Positions 51,036-61,118 of a DNA stretch of 64,000 nt are shown one piece after another. Made by a program: the position numbers and the translations under genes. Origin of the DNA: Calditrichales bacterium (GTDB taxonomy: Bacteria > Calditrichota > Calditrichia > Calditrichales > J004); assembly GCA_965267575.1 (NCBI GenBank), contig OZ254086.1, positions 3,360,001 to 3,424,000 on the forward strand, read 5' to 3'. Position 1 is the first letter of the stretch. The number at the start of each line of letters is the position of its first letter. Below the pieces are notes generated by a model. It saw only the letters and a program-made list of their open reading frames with translations. It had not been told where the DNA came from and searched no databases.

Positions 51036-52568
51036 ATGGATTTCTTGAAGGAACTGGGTATCCAGGATAAAAATTACGGGGTATCGACGGGGCAGAAGTG
51101 GAACAAAACCAGCGATGCCGGCGAACTGAAAATTCATTCTCCGGCCACCGGCGAATACATTGCCTCGGTTTACCAGGCCACGGAAGACGATTACGAGCAG
51201 ATGATGAAAACGGCGCAGGAAGCATTTGCATACTGGAGAACGGTACCGGCGCCCAAGCGCGGCGAAATAGTGCGCCAAATCGGGCTGCAGCTGCGCGAAC
51301 ATAAAGACGCTCTGGGCCGTCTGGTCTCTTTTGAGATGGGCAAATCGCTGCAGGAAGGCTGGGGCGAAGTTCAGGAGATGATCGATATTTGTGATTTTGC
51401 CGTGGGTCAGTCGCGACAGTTGTATGGCTTCACCATGCAGTCGGAGCGTCCCAACCACCGCATGTACGACCAGTATCATCCGCTCGGTCCGGTTGTAACC
51501 ATATCCGCTTTTAACTTCCCGGTGGCTGTTTGGTCCTGGAACGCCATGATCGCTGCCGTCTGCGGTGACGTCAACATCTGGAAGCCTGCTTCCAAAGTAC
51601 CCTTAACAGCGATTGCCTGCCAGAACATTGTGGCGAAAGTGCTGCAGGAAAACGATCTGCCGGAGGGTATTTTCAACCTGGTGATCGGCAAAGGCTCCAC
51701 GGTAGGCGAGCGTATTCTTAATGACAAGCGCGTACCATTGATTTCATTAACCGGCTCTACACCGGTCGGTCAGCATGCCGCGCAGGTTATTGGAAAACGT
51801 CTTGGCAAATATATCCTGGAGCTGGGCGGGAACAATGCCGTCATTCTCACGCCGGACTCCAACCTGGAAATGGCATTGCCAACGATCGTATTTGGCGCCG
51901 TGGGTACATGCGGCCAGCGCTGCACCTCCACGCGCCGTGTTATTATCCACGAATCCATTTATGATAAAGTGAAAGAATCGCTGCTGAAAGCTTACGGCAG
52001 CCTTAAGATCGGCAATCCGCTGGATGAGAAAAACCACGTTGGTCCGCTTATCGATAAAGGGGCCGTTGAAGACATGCAGGCCGCGCTGCGCCGGGTAAAG
52101 GAAGAAGGCGGTAAGATCATCTACGGTGGCGAAGCGCTTAGCGGGAACGGTTACGAATCCGGCTGTTACGTGCGTCCGGCCATTGTGGAAGCCGAGAACC
52201 GTTACGAGATCGTGCAGGAAGAGACTTTCGCGCCGATTCTTTACCTGATCAAGTACAAGGGTGATGTCCAGGATGCCATTGATCTGCAAAACGGCGTCGT
52301 ACAGGGTCTTAGTTCTTCTATCTTTACCAACAACATGCAGGAAGCTGAAACCTTCCTTTCGGCGTGGGGCTCCGATTGCGGTTTGGCCAACGTCAACGTC
52401 GGCACGTCCGGCGCGGAAATCGGCGGCGCCTTCGGTGGCGAAAAGGAAACCGGCGGCGGCCGTGAATCCGGCTCCGATGCCTGGAAAGCGTACATGCGGC
52501 GTCAAACCAATACCATTAACTTTGGTAAAACCCTGCCGCTGGCCCAGGGCATCAAGTTCGAAATCTAA
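51036..52568 (+). CDS. Aldehyde dehydrogenase family 7 (piperideine-6-carboxylate/aminoadipate-semialdehyde dehydrogenase-like)
   Basis: PAPKRGEIVRQ, GEVQEMIDICDFAVG.SRQL, GTCGQRCT, GAEIGGAFGGEKETGGGRESGSDAWK, LPLAQGIKF. Confidence 0.92.
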   Translation: MDFLKELGIQDKNYGVSTGQKWNKTSDAGELKIHSPATGEYIASVYQATEDDYEQMMKTAQEAFAYWRTVPAPKRGEIVRQIGLQLREHKDALGRLVSFEMGKSLQEGWGEVQEMIDICDFAVGQSRQLYGFTMQSERPNHRMYDQYHPLGPVVTISAFNFPVAVWSWNAMIAAVCGDVNIWKPASKVPLTAIACQNIVAKVLQENDLPEGIFNLVIGKGSTVGERILNDKRVPLISLTGSTPVGQHAAQVIGKRLGKYILELGGNNAVILTPDSNLEMALPTIVFGAVGTCGQRCTSTRRVIIHESIYDKVKESLLKAYGSLKIGNPLDEKNHVGPLIDKGAVEDMQAALRRVKEEGGKIIYGGEALSGNGYESGCYVRPAIVEAENRYEIVQEETFAPILYLIKYKGDVQDAIDLQNGVVQGLSSSIFTNNMQEAETFLSAWGSDCGLANVNVGTSGAEIGGAFGGEKETGGGRESGSDAWKAYMRRQTNTINFGKTLPLAQGIKFEI

Positions 52569-52581
52569 TCATACAAACCTT

Positions 52582-52612
52582 CAGGGGCGGTTTGCGAATC
52601 GCCCCTGTTTTT
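52582..52612 (+). terminator. Intrinsic terminator
   Basis: CAGGGGCG...CGCCCCTG plus TTTTT. Confidence 0.8.
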
Positions 52613-52618
52613 AATTCA

Positions 52619-52951
52619 ATGTTTTTCTGGGAAAGAATAGCCGATCAAAAAATACGCGAGGCACAGCGCGAAGGTCAGTTTGATAACCTGCCGGGACAGG
52701 GCAGACCGATAGACCTTAAGGAATACTTCAGTATTGCCGGGGAGTGGCGCATGGCTTATGACCTGCTGAAGAAAAGTGGCGTAATGCCCCGTGAAATGCA
52801 GCTCAAAAAAGAGATTGAACAGCTTGAACGGCAGATACGCGCCGAAGGCAAGGAAACAATAGCGGAATTATTAAAACGCGATTTAGCTTTTAAAAGGATT
52901 GAACTGGAACTGATGATGGAAAAGCGTCGTCAGCGTTCGTCCGGTAGATAA
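52619..52951 (+). CDS. DUF1992 (DnaJ-C28-like) protein
   Basis: IA..KIREA..EG.FDNLPG.G.P.DL, RMAY..LK..G..P. Confidence 0.88.
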   Translation: MFFWERIADQKIREAQREGQFDNLPGQGRPIDLKEYFSIAGEWRMAYDLLKKSGVMPREMQLKKEIEQLERQIRAEGKETIAELLKRDLAFKRIELELMMEKRRQRSSGR

Positions 52952-53003
52952 TAGATGTCTGCCGTATTGTTTGTATAACCTGAATTCCGGAAAAGTAACA
53001 GAT

Positions 53004-53264
53004 ATGCGCATTATCGAAGGCTCACCTATCATATCCTATCCCACAAAATGGGAATACCGTCTGATTGGCCACAAGAAAGAAACAATCGTGAAAGCGGTTG
53101 ATAAGCTGCTTGAGACGGAAGATTATAAGCTTGAAGAATCAAACCGCAGCTCCGGGGGAAAATACGTCAGTGTTAATTTGATTATGACGGTTAATACCGA
53201 AGATGAGCGTGATTCTATCTTTCGCCGATTAAAGAATCATAGCGATATTTTAATGGTGCTTTAA
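53004..53264 (+). CDS. DUF493/YbeD-like protein
   Basis: YP..WEYRLIG, S..SSGGKYVSVNL, F..L..H.DILMVL. Confidence 0.85.
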   Translation: MRIIEGSPIISYPTKWEYRLIGHKKETIVKAVDKLLETEDYKLEESNRSSGGKYVSVNLIMTVNTEDERDSIFRRLKNHSDILMVL

Positions 53265-53300
53265 CAATTTGTCTGTAAATAGCCCAAAAAGGATGGCGCT

Positions 53301-53792
53301 TTGAAAGCTTTGTGGCGAAGCGTTTATATACGATCGCGTTGGGCCTGGCGCAAAATTGTACGCCAGGATGACAGCCCGGAAAGTATTGCAAAGGGGTTTG
53401 CCTTAGGGCTCTTCGTGGGCATGTCGCCCTATATGGGTTTTCATACTGTAACCGGTGTGGGGCTGGCCTGGTTGCTGCGTTCCAACAAGTTGGCGGCCGT
53501 TGCCGGCGTTATGATCACCAACCCTTTCAGCGCGCCGTTTATTTACGGTTTTACCTACCTGGTGGGGGCACGCTTTTTTCACGGCAGTTCGGCAGGTATG
53601 GCACTGGACTGGTCGGCCATCACAATTACCGATCTGCTGCATGAAATGCCCGACCTTTTTATCACACTAACCATCGGTGGTATTGTTTTGGGTCTCCCCA
53701 TCGCCATCGCCGGGTACTGGATGACGCACCGCCTCGTTTTGGCCTACCGAGCCAGGCGCCGGGCACGCTCTAAAAATACTCCCAAAGAATAG
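53301..53792 (+). CDS. DUF2062 membrane protein
   Basis: SPESIAKGFALGLFVG.SP..G.HT, NPF.APFIY...Y.VG. Confidence 0.87.
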   Translation: MKALWRSVYIRSRWAWRKIVRQDDSPESIAKGFALGLFVGMSPYMGFHTVTGVGLAWLLRSNKLAAVAGVMITNPFSAPFIYGFTYLVGARFFHGSSAGMALDWSAITITDLLHEMPDLFITLTIGGIVLGLPIAIAGYWMTHRLVLAYRARRRARSKNTPKE

Positions 53793-53858
53793 ACACGCCG
53801 TTGCTTCTGTTTTTTATTTCTTTTTATCTTGTACCTCATTGACAACCATGGAGTGGTT

Positions 53859-55715
53859 ATGCGCTTACATTTCATATACCTGCTTGTGCTGATTGCATTG
53901 TGCCTGTCTTTGGCTGCGCCGGCCGAAGAGGCCGATTCAACCGTTATTTACAATGCCGATCCGATTGTAGTCACCGGAACGCGTCTGGCTCAACAAAAGA
54001 GCAGCTTGCCGGTAGCGATTTCGATAATAAACAAAAATGATCTGGGTAATTTTGGAGAAGAAAACGTTTTGCCGGCCCTGCAAAGACACGTGCCGGGTTT
54101 GATCGTAGGAAGCCACGGGGCGGCCGGTTACGGTGTCGGTCCGGCATCGGGGGGGACGGTCAGCATCCGTGGTATGAGCGGGGCGCCCAATACACGTGTT
54201 TTGGTCCTTATTGACGGCCAGCCGCAATTTATGGGCATTTTTGGCCATCCGATCAGCGACAGCTATATGGCCGGTGATGCCGACAGGGTGGAGGTGCTGC
54301 GCGGTCCGGCGTCTATCCTTTACGGTTCCAATGCGCTTGGTGGAGCGTTGAATATTGTCACCGCTTCTCCCCCGCAGGGACTTAGTGGCACGGCAGAAGC
54401 CTCTTTCGGGTCGTTTAATACACATCGTTTAAGAGTAAACACGGGCTACGGCAGCGATAACCGCTTCTTCTATGTGTCCGCCGCGCGCATTGCCTCAGAC
54501 GGCCACCGCGATGACGCCGCCGATGCCTTTGACAGCAAAACCATCTTCCTGAAAAGCGGCTACGATGTTAGCAAAAGCTGGGCTTTGCGGCTTGATGGCC
54601 GCCTGCTGGACGCGCGTTATAATCATCCCGGCCCTTTTAACATGCCCCTAACAAACGACCGGCGTGACTACCTAAGGGGCAGAGCGGCGCTATCTCTTGA
54701 AAACCGGACGGAGAGCCTTAAAGGCGCCTTCAAGGTTTTTTACAATTGGGGCAACCACGATTTTTCCGATGGCTTCAATTCCAATGATTTTACGCGGGGC
54801 ATAACATTTTACCAGAACTGGACAGGCTTGCCCGGAGCCATAGTAACGATCGGACTGGATTATAAAAATTATGGCGGCGAACCGGACAACAAGAATCTGC
54901 CGCCCGCGCAGAAAGAAAATTTCGGCCTTGCCAAAAGCTATTCCGTTGATGAATGGGAACTTTACGGGCTTCTGCAAAAAAGCTTGGGCGCTTTTACGGC
55001 CCGGGCGGGATACAGGCTGCAGGATAATTCCGTTTACGGGCAGCAGCACGTGCCCGCCGCCGGCCTGTCCTTTAAAGCGGACGGGCAGACCACGTTACGT
55101 GTGGCGGCATCCAGGGGTTTTCGCAGCCCGACCATCAATGATCTGCACCTTTTTCCGCCTTCCAATGAGACCCTGCAGCCTGAAGAGCTCTGGAACTATG
55201 AAGCGGGCATTAACCGTTCTTTTTTTCATCGTCACCTTGTTGTTGACCTGACCGCTTTTTTGATCGACGCGGAAAATTTTGTCCAGGAAGTGCCGCAAAA
55301 TATGGGGCCACCCCTGCGCAAGAATAGCGGAGCCGTGACAAACAGAGGCGTGGAACTGACGGCAAGGCTTTACGCTTCGCGCAGTTTCAGTTTTTACGGT
55401 AATTACAGCTACCTGGATAGCGATGCGGCGCTGCTTTACAGTGCCAGGCATACGCTCAACGGTGGTCTGCGCTGGCAATACCAAAATATCCGCGTAACCG
55501 CAAACCTGGGGCATGTGGCGGATTTAGTAAACCGGGAAAATCCTCTGTCACGCCAAAGTTATACGGTTGTTGATCTTGGATCGGAGATAGAGCTGCTGGA
55601 AAGCGTCGATGTTTTCGGCAGGCTGGAAAATCTTTTGGATCAAAAGTACGAAATGGATGCCGGTTATCCCATGCCGGGACGATTCTTTAATGTGGGAGCG
55701 CGTTACAGGTGGTAA
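53859..55715 (+). CDS. TonB-dependent receptor
   Basis: IVVTGTR TonB-box region, plug IRG...VLVLIDG, EVLRGPAS.LYG.NA.GG.LNI, C-terminal PGR.F.VG.RYRW. Confidence 0.93.
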   Translation: MRLHFIYLLVLIALCLSLAAPAEEADSTVIYNADPIVVTGTRLAQQKSSLPVAISIINKNDLGNFGEENVLPALQRHVPGLIVGSHGAAGYGVGPASGGTVSIRGMSGAPNTRVLVLIDGQPQFMGIFGHPISDSYMAGDADRVEVLRGPASILYGSNALGGALNIVTASPPQGLSGTAEASFGSFNTHRLRVNTGYGSDNRFFYVSAARIASDGHRDDAADAFDSKTIFLKSGYDVSKSWALRLDGRLLDARYNHPGPFNMPLTNDRRDYLRGRAALSLENRTESLKGAFKVFYNWGNHDFSDGFNSNDFTRGITFYQNWTGLPGAIVTIGLDYKNYGGEPDNKNLPPAQKENFGLAKSYSVDEWELYGLLQKSLGAFTARAGYRLQDNSVYGQQHVPAAGLSFKADGQTTLRVAASRGFRSPTINDLHLFPPSNETLQPEELWNYEAGINRSFFHRHLVVDLTAFLIDAENFVQEVPQNMGPPLRKNSGAVTNRGVELTARLYASRSFSFYGNYSYLDSDAALLYSARHTLNGGLRWQYQNIRVTANLGHVADLVNRENPLSRQSYTVVDLGSEIELLESVDVFGRLENLLDQKYEMDAGYPMPGRFFNVGARYRW

Positions 55716-56467
55716 AAAAGCGATCAAAAAGAAGGGAAGAATTGCGTGTTCTGCTATTCCAGATCCGTGAAAAAAAGGACGTGCGTCGGGAAGAGTTTGA
55801 CAGCTTTGTCCGCTACAGCGGCCTGCAGCAGCACCAATTTCAAAGTGTCAACGTTTTTGAAACGCCGCATTTCCGGCATAACCTGGCCGAAGGGTATGAT
55901 GCCGTTTTTGTGGGCGGAGCTTCAGCGGCCAGTGTCCTTGAACCGGAAGTATACCCGTTCGTGAATGATCTCCAGGATGCATTGCTGGACTGTCTGGACC
56001 GGCGCCTGCCGGTTTTTGCCTCCTGCTTCGGTTTTCAACTGGCGGCGCAGGCCCTGGGAGGCAAAATAATCCATGATGATGATGACTATGAAATGGGCTC
56101 TATTCCCATCTCGTTGCGCCCGGCCGCCGCACAGGATTTGATCTTTCATGATACGCCCGATCCCTTTATGGCTGTTTCCGTGCACCAGGAGCGGACACTA
56201 GAAGCACCGCCGCAAACAGTAGAACTGGCCTATACCGCCAAATGCTGCCACGCCTTCAAGGTGATCGACCGGCCATTCTGGGCTTTCCAGTTTCACCCGG
56301 AAGTTGATAAGCAGATCCTAATAACCCGCCTTACGATTTACAAAAGCCGCTACACCCGGGATAATGATCATCTTGATGAGGTATTAAGGGATGCAAAGGA
56401 AACGCCGGAGTCCAATTTATTGCTGCGCAAATTTGTAGACCGCGTTTTACAGAACGAGGGTCATTAA
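55709..56467 (+). CDS. Type 1 glutamine amidotransferase-like protein
   Basis: ASCFGFQL (catalytic Cys), QFHPE; GTG start overlapping the receptor stop. Confidence 0.85.
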   Translation: MVKKRSKRREELRVLLFQIREKKDVRREEFDSFVRYSGLQQHQFQSVNVFETPHFRHNLAEGYDAVFVGGASAASVLEPEVYPFVNDLQDALLDCLDRRLPVFASCFGFQLAAQALGGKIIHDDDDYEMGSIPISLRPAAAQDLIFHDTPDPFMAVSVHQERTLEAPPQTVELAYTAKCCHAFKVIDRPFWAFQFHPEVDKQILITRLTIYKSRYTRDNDHLDEVLRDAKETPESNLLLRKFVDRVLQNEGH

Positions 56468-56603
56468 CATCTTTATATCATTTTTTTTGAAAAAACCTTA
56501 AGAACATATAGACATCAAGTGAAACTCTTCTTAAATTAAGTATTATAACAGTCGTTAACTATGGTTAACAGGCGTAACATGTTTTTAAACGGACGGATAT
56601 AAT

Positions 56604-56831
56604 ATGAACTCTGTGGCAGAACTTAAACCGGGCGAATGCGGCGTAATTTGCGCAATCAATGATACCAGTGACGATGCCAGCTATTTGATGGAACTGGGTT
56701 TGATGGAAGGAACCTCAATCCGCCTGATCAAAGAAGCCCCTCTGGGTGATCCCCTCGAACTTGATGTACGCGGTTATCATCTCTCCATCCGGCGCCGCAA
56801 CGCGGAATGCATAATGGTGGAAAGGGGATGA
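56604..56831 (+). CDS. feoA: Ferrous iron transport protein A
   Basis: LKPGE.G.I, LMELGL.EG..I...KEAPLGDP......GY.LSIRR. Confidence 0.92.
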   Translation: MNSVAELKPGECGVICAINDTSDDASYLMELGLMEGTSIRLIKEAPLGDPLELDVRGYHLSIRRRNAECIMVERG

Positions 56832-56838
56832 ATCCGCT

Positions 56839-59013
56839 TTGCAGGAAACGCTGACCGCTCCACATTCCAAATCCCGGGCCGGCCGCGACATTAAAAATAT
56901 CGCTATCGTCGGTAACCCCAATACGGGAAAAACTTCAGTTTTTAACGCCCTGACCGGTCTCCACCAGAAAGTGGCCAATTATGCCGGTGTGACCGTTGAA
57001 AAAAAAACGGGTTTGATTCAAAACCCGCAGGGTGCCCCGGTTCAGGCCTACGATCTGCCCGGTCTCTACAGCCTCATCCCCAAATCCCTGGATGATAAAA
57101 TTGCTTATGACATCCTCAGCGGTATTCATGATGATCCTATTACGCTGAGCGCCGTTCTCGTTGTCGTTGATGCAGCCAACCTGAGTCGCAACTTATACCT
57201 TCTTACACAGGTACTTGACCTTGGCGTGCCTGTTTTGTTGGTACTAAACATGCTGGATGCGGCCGAAAAAAAAGGCATTGAAGTAGACGCCGCAGCGCTG
57301 GAAGAACATTTCAATATTCCGGTGGTGCCTGTTATTGCGGCACGCGGGCAGGGCATCGCAGAATTACGCGGCGCCATTTTTCAGACAATTGAGAAAAAAG
57401 AAAAAAGTGTTGCGCGGACTGTGCCCGTGCCGGCTGACGTTTTGAGCGCGATACAGCCCGTCATGGAGTGGATGCGTTCCAGCACGCGCATGCATCCGTC
57501 AATGTGCAGCGCAGAGGCTCTGCGCGTTGTCTCCAGCGAGATTGCTTTTCGAAGCTGGCTAAACGCGGAACACAAAGACCGCGACGTCAAAGCGCTTGAA
57601 AACGCGGTAAAACAAGCCCGTGAAAAACTGAGCCAGGGCACCTACTCCTGGCATATGCTCGAGACAAAATTGCGTTACGCCTGGGTCGATGATGTATTCC
57701 AGAAAGCTGTTCACCAACAAAACGAAGCATCCGTCTCCATCACCGACAAGCTGGATAAAATCCTGACACACCGTTTTGCCGGGCCGCTTATTTTCCTGGC
57801 TATTTTTGCCTTTATTTTCCAGGCCATTTTTTCCTGGGCGGAACTGCCCATGACCCTGATAGAAGACGGGACAAACAGCGTCGGTCAATGGATTGGCACG
57901 CAGATGCCCGATGGCGTTTTAAAAGATTTAATCGTTGACGGCGCTATTGCCGGTGTTGGCGCTGTGCTTGTATTTCTGCCACAAATACTTTTTCTGTTTT
58001 TCTTCCTGGGTTTGCTGGAAGATACCGGTTATATGTCACGCGCCGCCTTTATCATGGACAGGCTGATGAAGGGCGTAGGTTTGTCGGGCCGTTCCGTTAT
58101 CCCGCTGCTGTCCAGTTTTGCTTGTGCCATTCCGGGCATCATGGCCACGCGCACCATCCATAACTGGCGAGACCGTCTGGTAACGATTATGATAGCTCCG
58201 TTTATGAGCTGTTCCGCCCGCCTGCCTGTTTACATTTTGCTAATTGGTGCTTTTGTGCCGGATCAAAAGCTTTTTGGCGTGTTCGGCTACCAGGGTTTAA
58301 CACTGCTTTCGATGTATATGCTGGGCATTCTGGCGGCCATGCTTGTTGCTCTCATATTCAAGAAATTCGTTGTTAAAGAAATGGCATCATCAACCTTTGT
58401 GATGGAATTGCCGCCGTATCGTCGTCCTTCGCTTAAGTGGACGGCATTGCAAATGCTGGAACGCGGCAAGATTTTTATTAATGACGCAGGTAAAATTATT
58501 CTCGCGATTTCCATTGTGCTTTGGTTTCTGGCGTATTATCCGCGTCCGGAGCAACCGGTGCAAAACGGCGGTCAGGTATCCAGCCAGATAAAGGAAAGTT
58601 ATGCCGGCCAGCTCGGCAAACTGATCGAACCGGCCATTGAGCCGCTGGGTTTTGACTGGAAAATAGGCATCGGGCTGGTGACCAGCTTTGCGGCCCGCGA
58701 GGTGATGGTTAGTACGCTGGCAACTATCTATAATGTGGAAGGAGATGACGAAACCTCGGTGAATTTGCGCACCGCCCTGCAAAATGACCGCAATCCGCAA
58801 ACGGGCGAGCCGACCTATTCTTTGCTGACCGCTATTTCGCTCATGGTGTTTTTTGTACTGGCCTGTCAGTGTATGGCAACGGTGGCGATCGTAAAAAGGG
58901 AAACAAACAGCTGGCGCTGGCCGTTGATAATGGTCGGATATATGACAGCGATGGCCTACCTGGCGTCGCTGGTTGTTTACCAGGCCGGTCAATATTTTGG
59001 AATAGGAATTTAG
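56839..59013 (+). CDS. feoB: Ferrous iron transport protein B
   Basis: GNPNTGKT, NYAGVTVE, DLPGLYSL, NMLD, LEDTGYM.R.AF, CSARLPVY, MELPPY. Confidence 0.97.
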   Translation: MQETLTAPHSKSRAGRDIKNIAIVGNPNTGKTSVFNALTGLHQKVANYAGVTVEKKTGLIQNPQGAPVQAYDLPGLYSLIPKSLDDKIAYDILSGIHDDPITLSAVLVVVDAANLSRNLYLLTQVLDLGVPVLLVLNMLDAAEKKGIEVDAAALEEHFNIPVVPVIAARGQGIAELRGAIFQTIEKKEKSVARTVPVPADVLSAIQPVMEWMRSSTRMHPSMCSAEALRVVSSEIAFRSWLNAEHKDRDVKALENAVKQAREKLSQGTYSWHMLETKLRYAWVDDVFQKAVHQQNEASVSITDKLDKILTHRFAGPLIFLAIFAFIFQAIFSWAELPMTLIEDGTNSVGQWIGTQMPDGVLKDLIVDGAIAGVGAVLVFLPQILFLFFFLGLLEDTGYMSRAAFIMDRLMKGVGLSGRSVIPLLSSFACAIPGIMATRTIHNWRDRLVTIMIAPFMSCSARLPVYILLIGAFVPDQKLFGVFGYQGLTLLSMYMLGILAAMLVALIFKKFVVKEMASSTFVMELPPYRRPSLKWTALQMLERGKIFINDAGKIILAISIVLWFLAYYPRPEQPVQNGGQVSSQIKESYAGQLGKLIEPAIEPLGFDWKIGIGLVTSFAAREVMVSTLATIYNVEGDDETSVNLRTALQNDRNPQTGEPTYSLLTAISLMVFFVLACQCMATVAIVKRETNSWRWPLIMVGYMTAMAYLASLVVYQAGQYFGIGI

Positions 59014-59015
59014 TT

Positions 59016-59222
59016 ATGCAGGAAATATTTGTTTACACACTTGTAGCTGTTTGCCTTGGCTACGCGCTTTTAACTTTTATCCGTCAGTTTAAGGGCTCGG
59101 ATGATTCCGGCTGTGCCGCGGGCTGCGGCCACTGCAGCGCGGAAAAGGTAAGCTTCGATCCGCCGCAAAATAAGTCTTCCGAAAATATCGTCTCCTCGAT
59201 ATCTTTTCCCCGCCGTGACTAG
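59016..59222 (+). CDS. FeoB-associated Cys-rich membrane protein
   Basis: ATG 59016, one TM helix then GCAAGCGHCS; directly after feoB. Confidence 0.8.
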   Translation: MQEIFVYTLVAVCLGYALLTFIRQFKGSDDSGCAAGCGHCSAEKVSFDPPQNKSSENIVSSISFPRRD

Positions 59223-59300
59223 ACAAACTTTCTATTAAATAATTTGCATCTTTTGCTGACCGGGCGGAACTTGTTTTCTGTACCACGGAGGGCTTCAAAG

Positions 59301-61091
59301 ATGCGCTTCTTTATTCTGCTTTTTTTTACCGTTTCCTTTCTCAATGCCTCGGAAAACCAGGTTGCTGTTTCTTCCTCACGATCTGTTTTAAGCCTGAACG
59401 GTGCCTGGAATATTATTATCGATCCCTACGAGAACGGTTATTACAGCTATCGCTACACTCCACGCCAGGACGGCTTTTTCCAGGATAAAAAACAATCCCA
59501 TAAAAGCGAACTGATCGAATATAATTTTGATACGTCTCCTACGCTGCAGGTACCAGGTGATTGGAACAGTCAACGGGATGAACTTTTTTTATACGAAGGC
59601 TGCGTTTGGTACAGAAAAAAAATTGAACTGCAGGCCATTAAAAGCAAACGCTATTTTATCCGTTTTGGCGCGGTAAATTACCATGCCAGAGTCTATCTCA
59701 ACGGCCGTGAACTGGGTACGCATACCGGCGGTTTCACTCCCTTCCAATTCGAAATAACCGATCATCTGACGGACGACGGCGAGAATTCCCTTGTTGTGCA
59801 GGTTGACAACAAGCGTGAAGCTCGTGGTGTGCCGACCCTGAATACCGATTGGTGGAACTATGGCGGCATCACCCGCCCGGTGGATATTCTGGAAACTCCA
59901 CAAACGTTTATCCGCGACTATTTTGTTCAACTTGCTCCACGCAACCCGGACAGCATAGAAGGGCGGGTAGAGCTTGACGGTGTTGCCGGAAATCAAAAGC
60001 TGAGTCTGAACATTCCGGATGCAGCCATCAGCGTTCAGGGCGTTACGGATGAAAACGGTGTGTGGCAGTTTTCGGTGCACGCCTCAGGCCTGCGGCTTTG
60101 GAGTCCGCAACGGCCTTACGTTTATGATGTGCGGATCTCAACCGATAGCGACACCGTGCACGATGCCATCGGTTTTCGAACAATCAGCGTTAGCGGAGAT
60201 CGTATTTTGCTGAACGAGGAGCCGGTCTTTTTGCGCGGCATTTCAATCCACGAGGAAGCGCCTTTGCGTGGCGGCCGGGCGTGGACGCAAAGCGACGCGG
60301 CTATTTTAATGCAATGGGCGCAGGACATGGGCTGCAATTTTGTTCGTCTGGCCCATTACCCGCACAATGAAGCCATGATACATGAAGCAGAACGCCGCGG
60401 GCTGATGGTTTGGGCCGAAATACCAGTGTACTGGACTATCCAATGGGACAATCCGCAAACATACGCATTAGCACGGCAGCAACTGCGTGAAATGATTGAG
60501 CGTGACAAAAACAGGGCGGCGGTTATAATTTGGTCCGTTGCCAACGAAACACCGCGGACAGAGCAGCGGCTGGATTTTCTGGGCAGGCTTATTGCCGAGG
60601 CCAGAAGGCTTGATCCGTCGCGACTGATTTCTGCTGCCACCGAGCTTACCTACAAGGGCCGGGAGATCCACCTGGATGATCCGCTGTGCGAGATGCTGGA
60701 TGTGATCGGTGCCAATGAATACCTGGGCTGGTACGGTGGCAGTCCCAATGATATACCTCTCCATAGCTGGCATAGCGCGTTTAACAAACCGCTGATTATC
60801 AGTGAATTTGGCGCGGGCGCGCTTAAGGGTTTTCGCGCCGATGCGGAAACGCGCTGGAGCGAGGAGTACCAGGCACGGGTTTATGAAAAGCAGCTTGAAA
60901 TGTTGAAAGCCGTGCCCTTTTTGCAGGGTATGAGCCCGTGGATTCTGATGGGTTTCCGCTCGCCGCGCCGGCAGCTCCCCGGTATTCAGGATTTCTGGAA
61001 CCGCAAGGGTCTTTTAAACGAGCTTGGGCAGCGCAAGCAGGCTTTCGATGTTTTGCGCTCTTTTTACCTTCAAAAAGCTAATCAAAATTAG
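59301..61091 (+). CDS. Secreted GH2 glycoside hydrolase (beta-glucuronidase-like)
   Basis: SLNGAW, VPGDWN, NYGGITRPV, RLAHYPH, WSVANE (acid/base), ISEFGA (nucleophile), WNRKGL (N-K motif). Confidence 0.9.
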   Translation: MRFFILLFFTVSFLNASENQVAVSSSRSVLSLNGAWNIIIDPYENGYYSYRYTPRQDGFFQDKKQSHKSELIEYNFDTSPTLQVPGDWNSQRDELFLYEGCVWYRKKIELQAIKSKRYFIRFGAVNYHARVYLNGRELGTHTGGFTPFQFEITDHLTDDGENSLVVQVDNKREARGVPTLNTDWWNYGGITRPVDILETPQTFIRDYFVQLAPRNPDSIEGRVELDGVAGNQKLSLNIPDAAISVQGVTDENGVWQFSVHASGLRLWSPQRPYVYDVRISTDSDTVHDAIGFRTISVSGDRILLNEEPVFLRGISIHEEAPLRGGRAWTQSDAAILMQWAQDMGCNFVRLAHYPHNEAMIHEAERRGLMVWAEIPVYWTIQWDNPQTYALARQQLREMIERDKNRAAVIIWSVANETPRTEQRLDFLGRLIAEARRLDPSRLISAATELTYKGREIHLDDPLCEMLDVIGANEYLGWYGGSPNDIPLHSWHSAFNKPLIISEFGAGALKGFRADAETRWSEEYQARVYEKQLEMLKAVPFLQGMSPWILMGFRSPRRQLPGIQDFWNRKGLLNELGQRKQAFDVLRSFYLQKANQN

Positions 61092-61118
61092 GCGTGCTCC
61101 CGCAATGTATGGACATTT

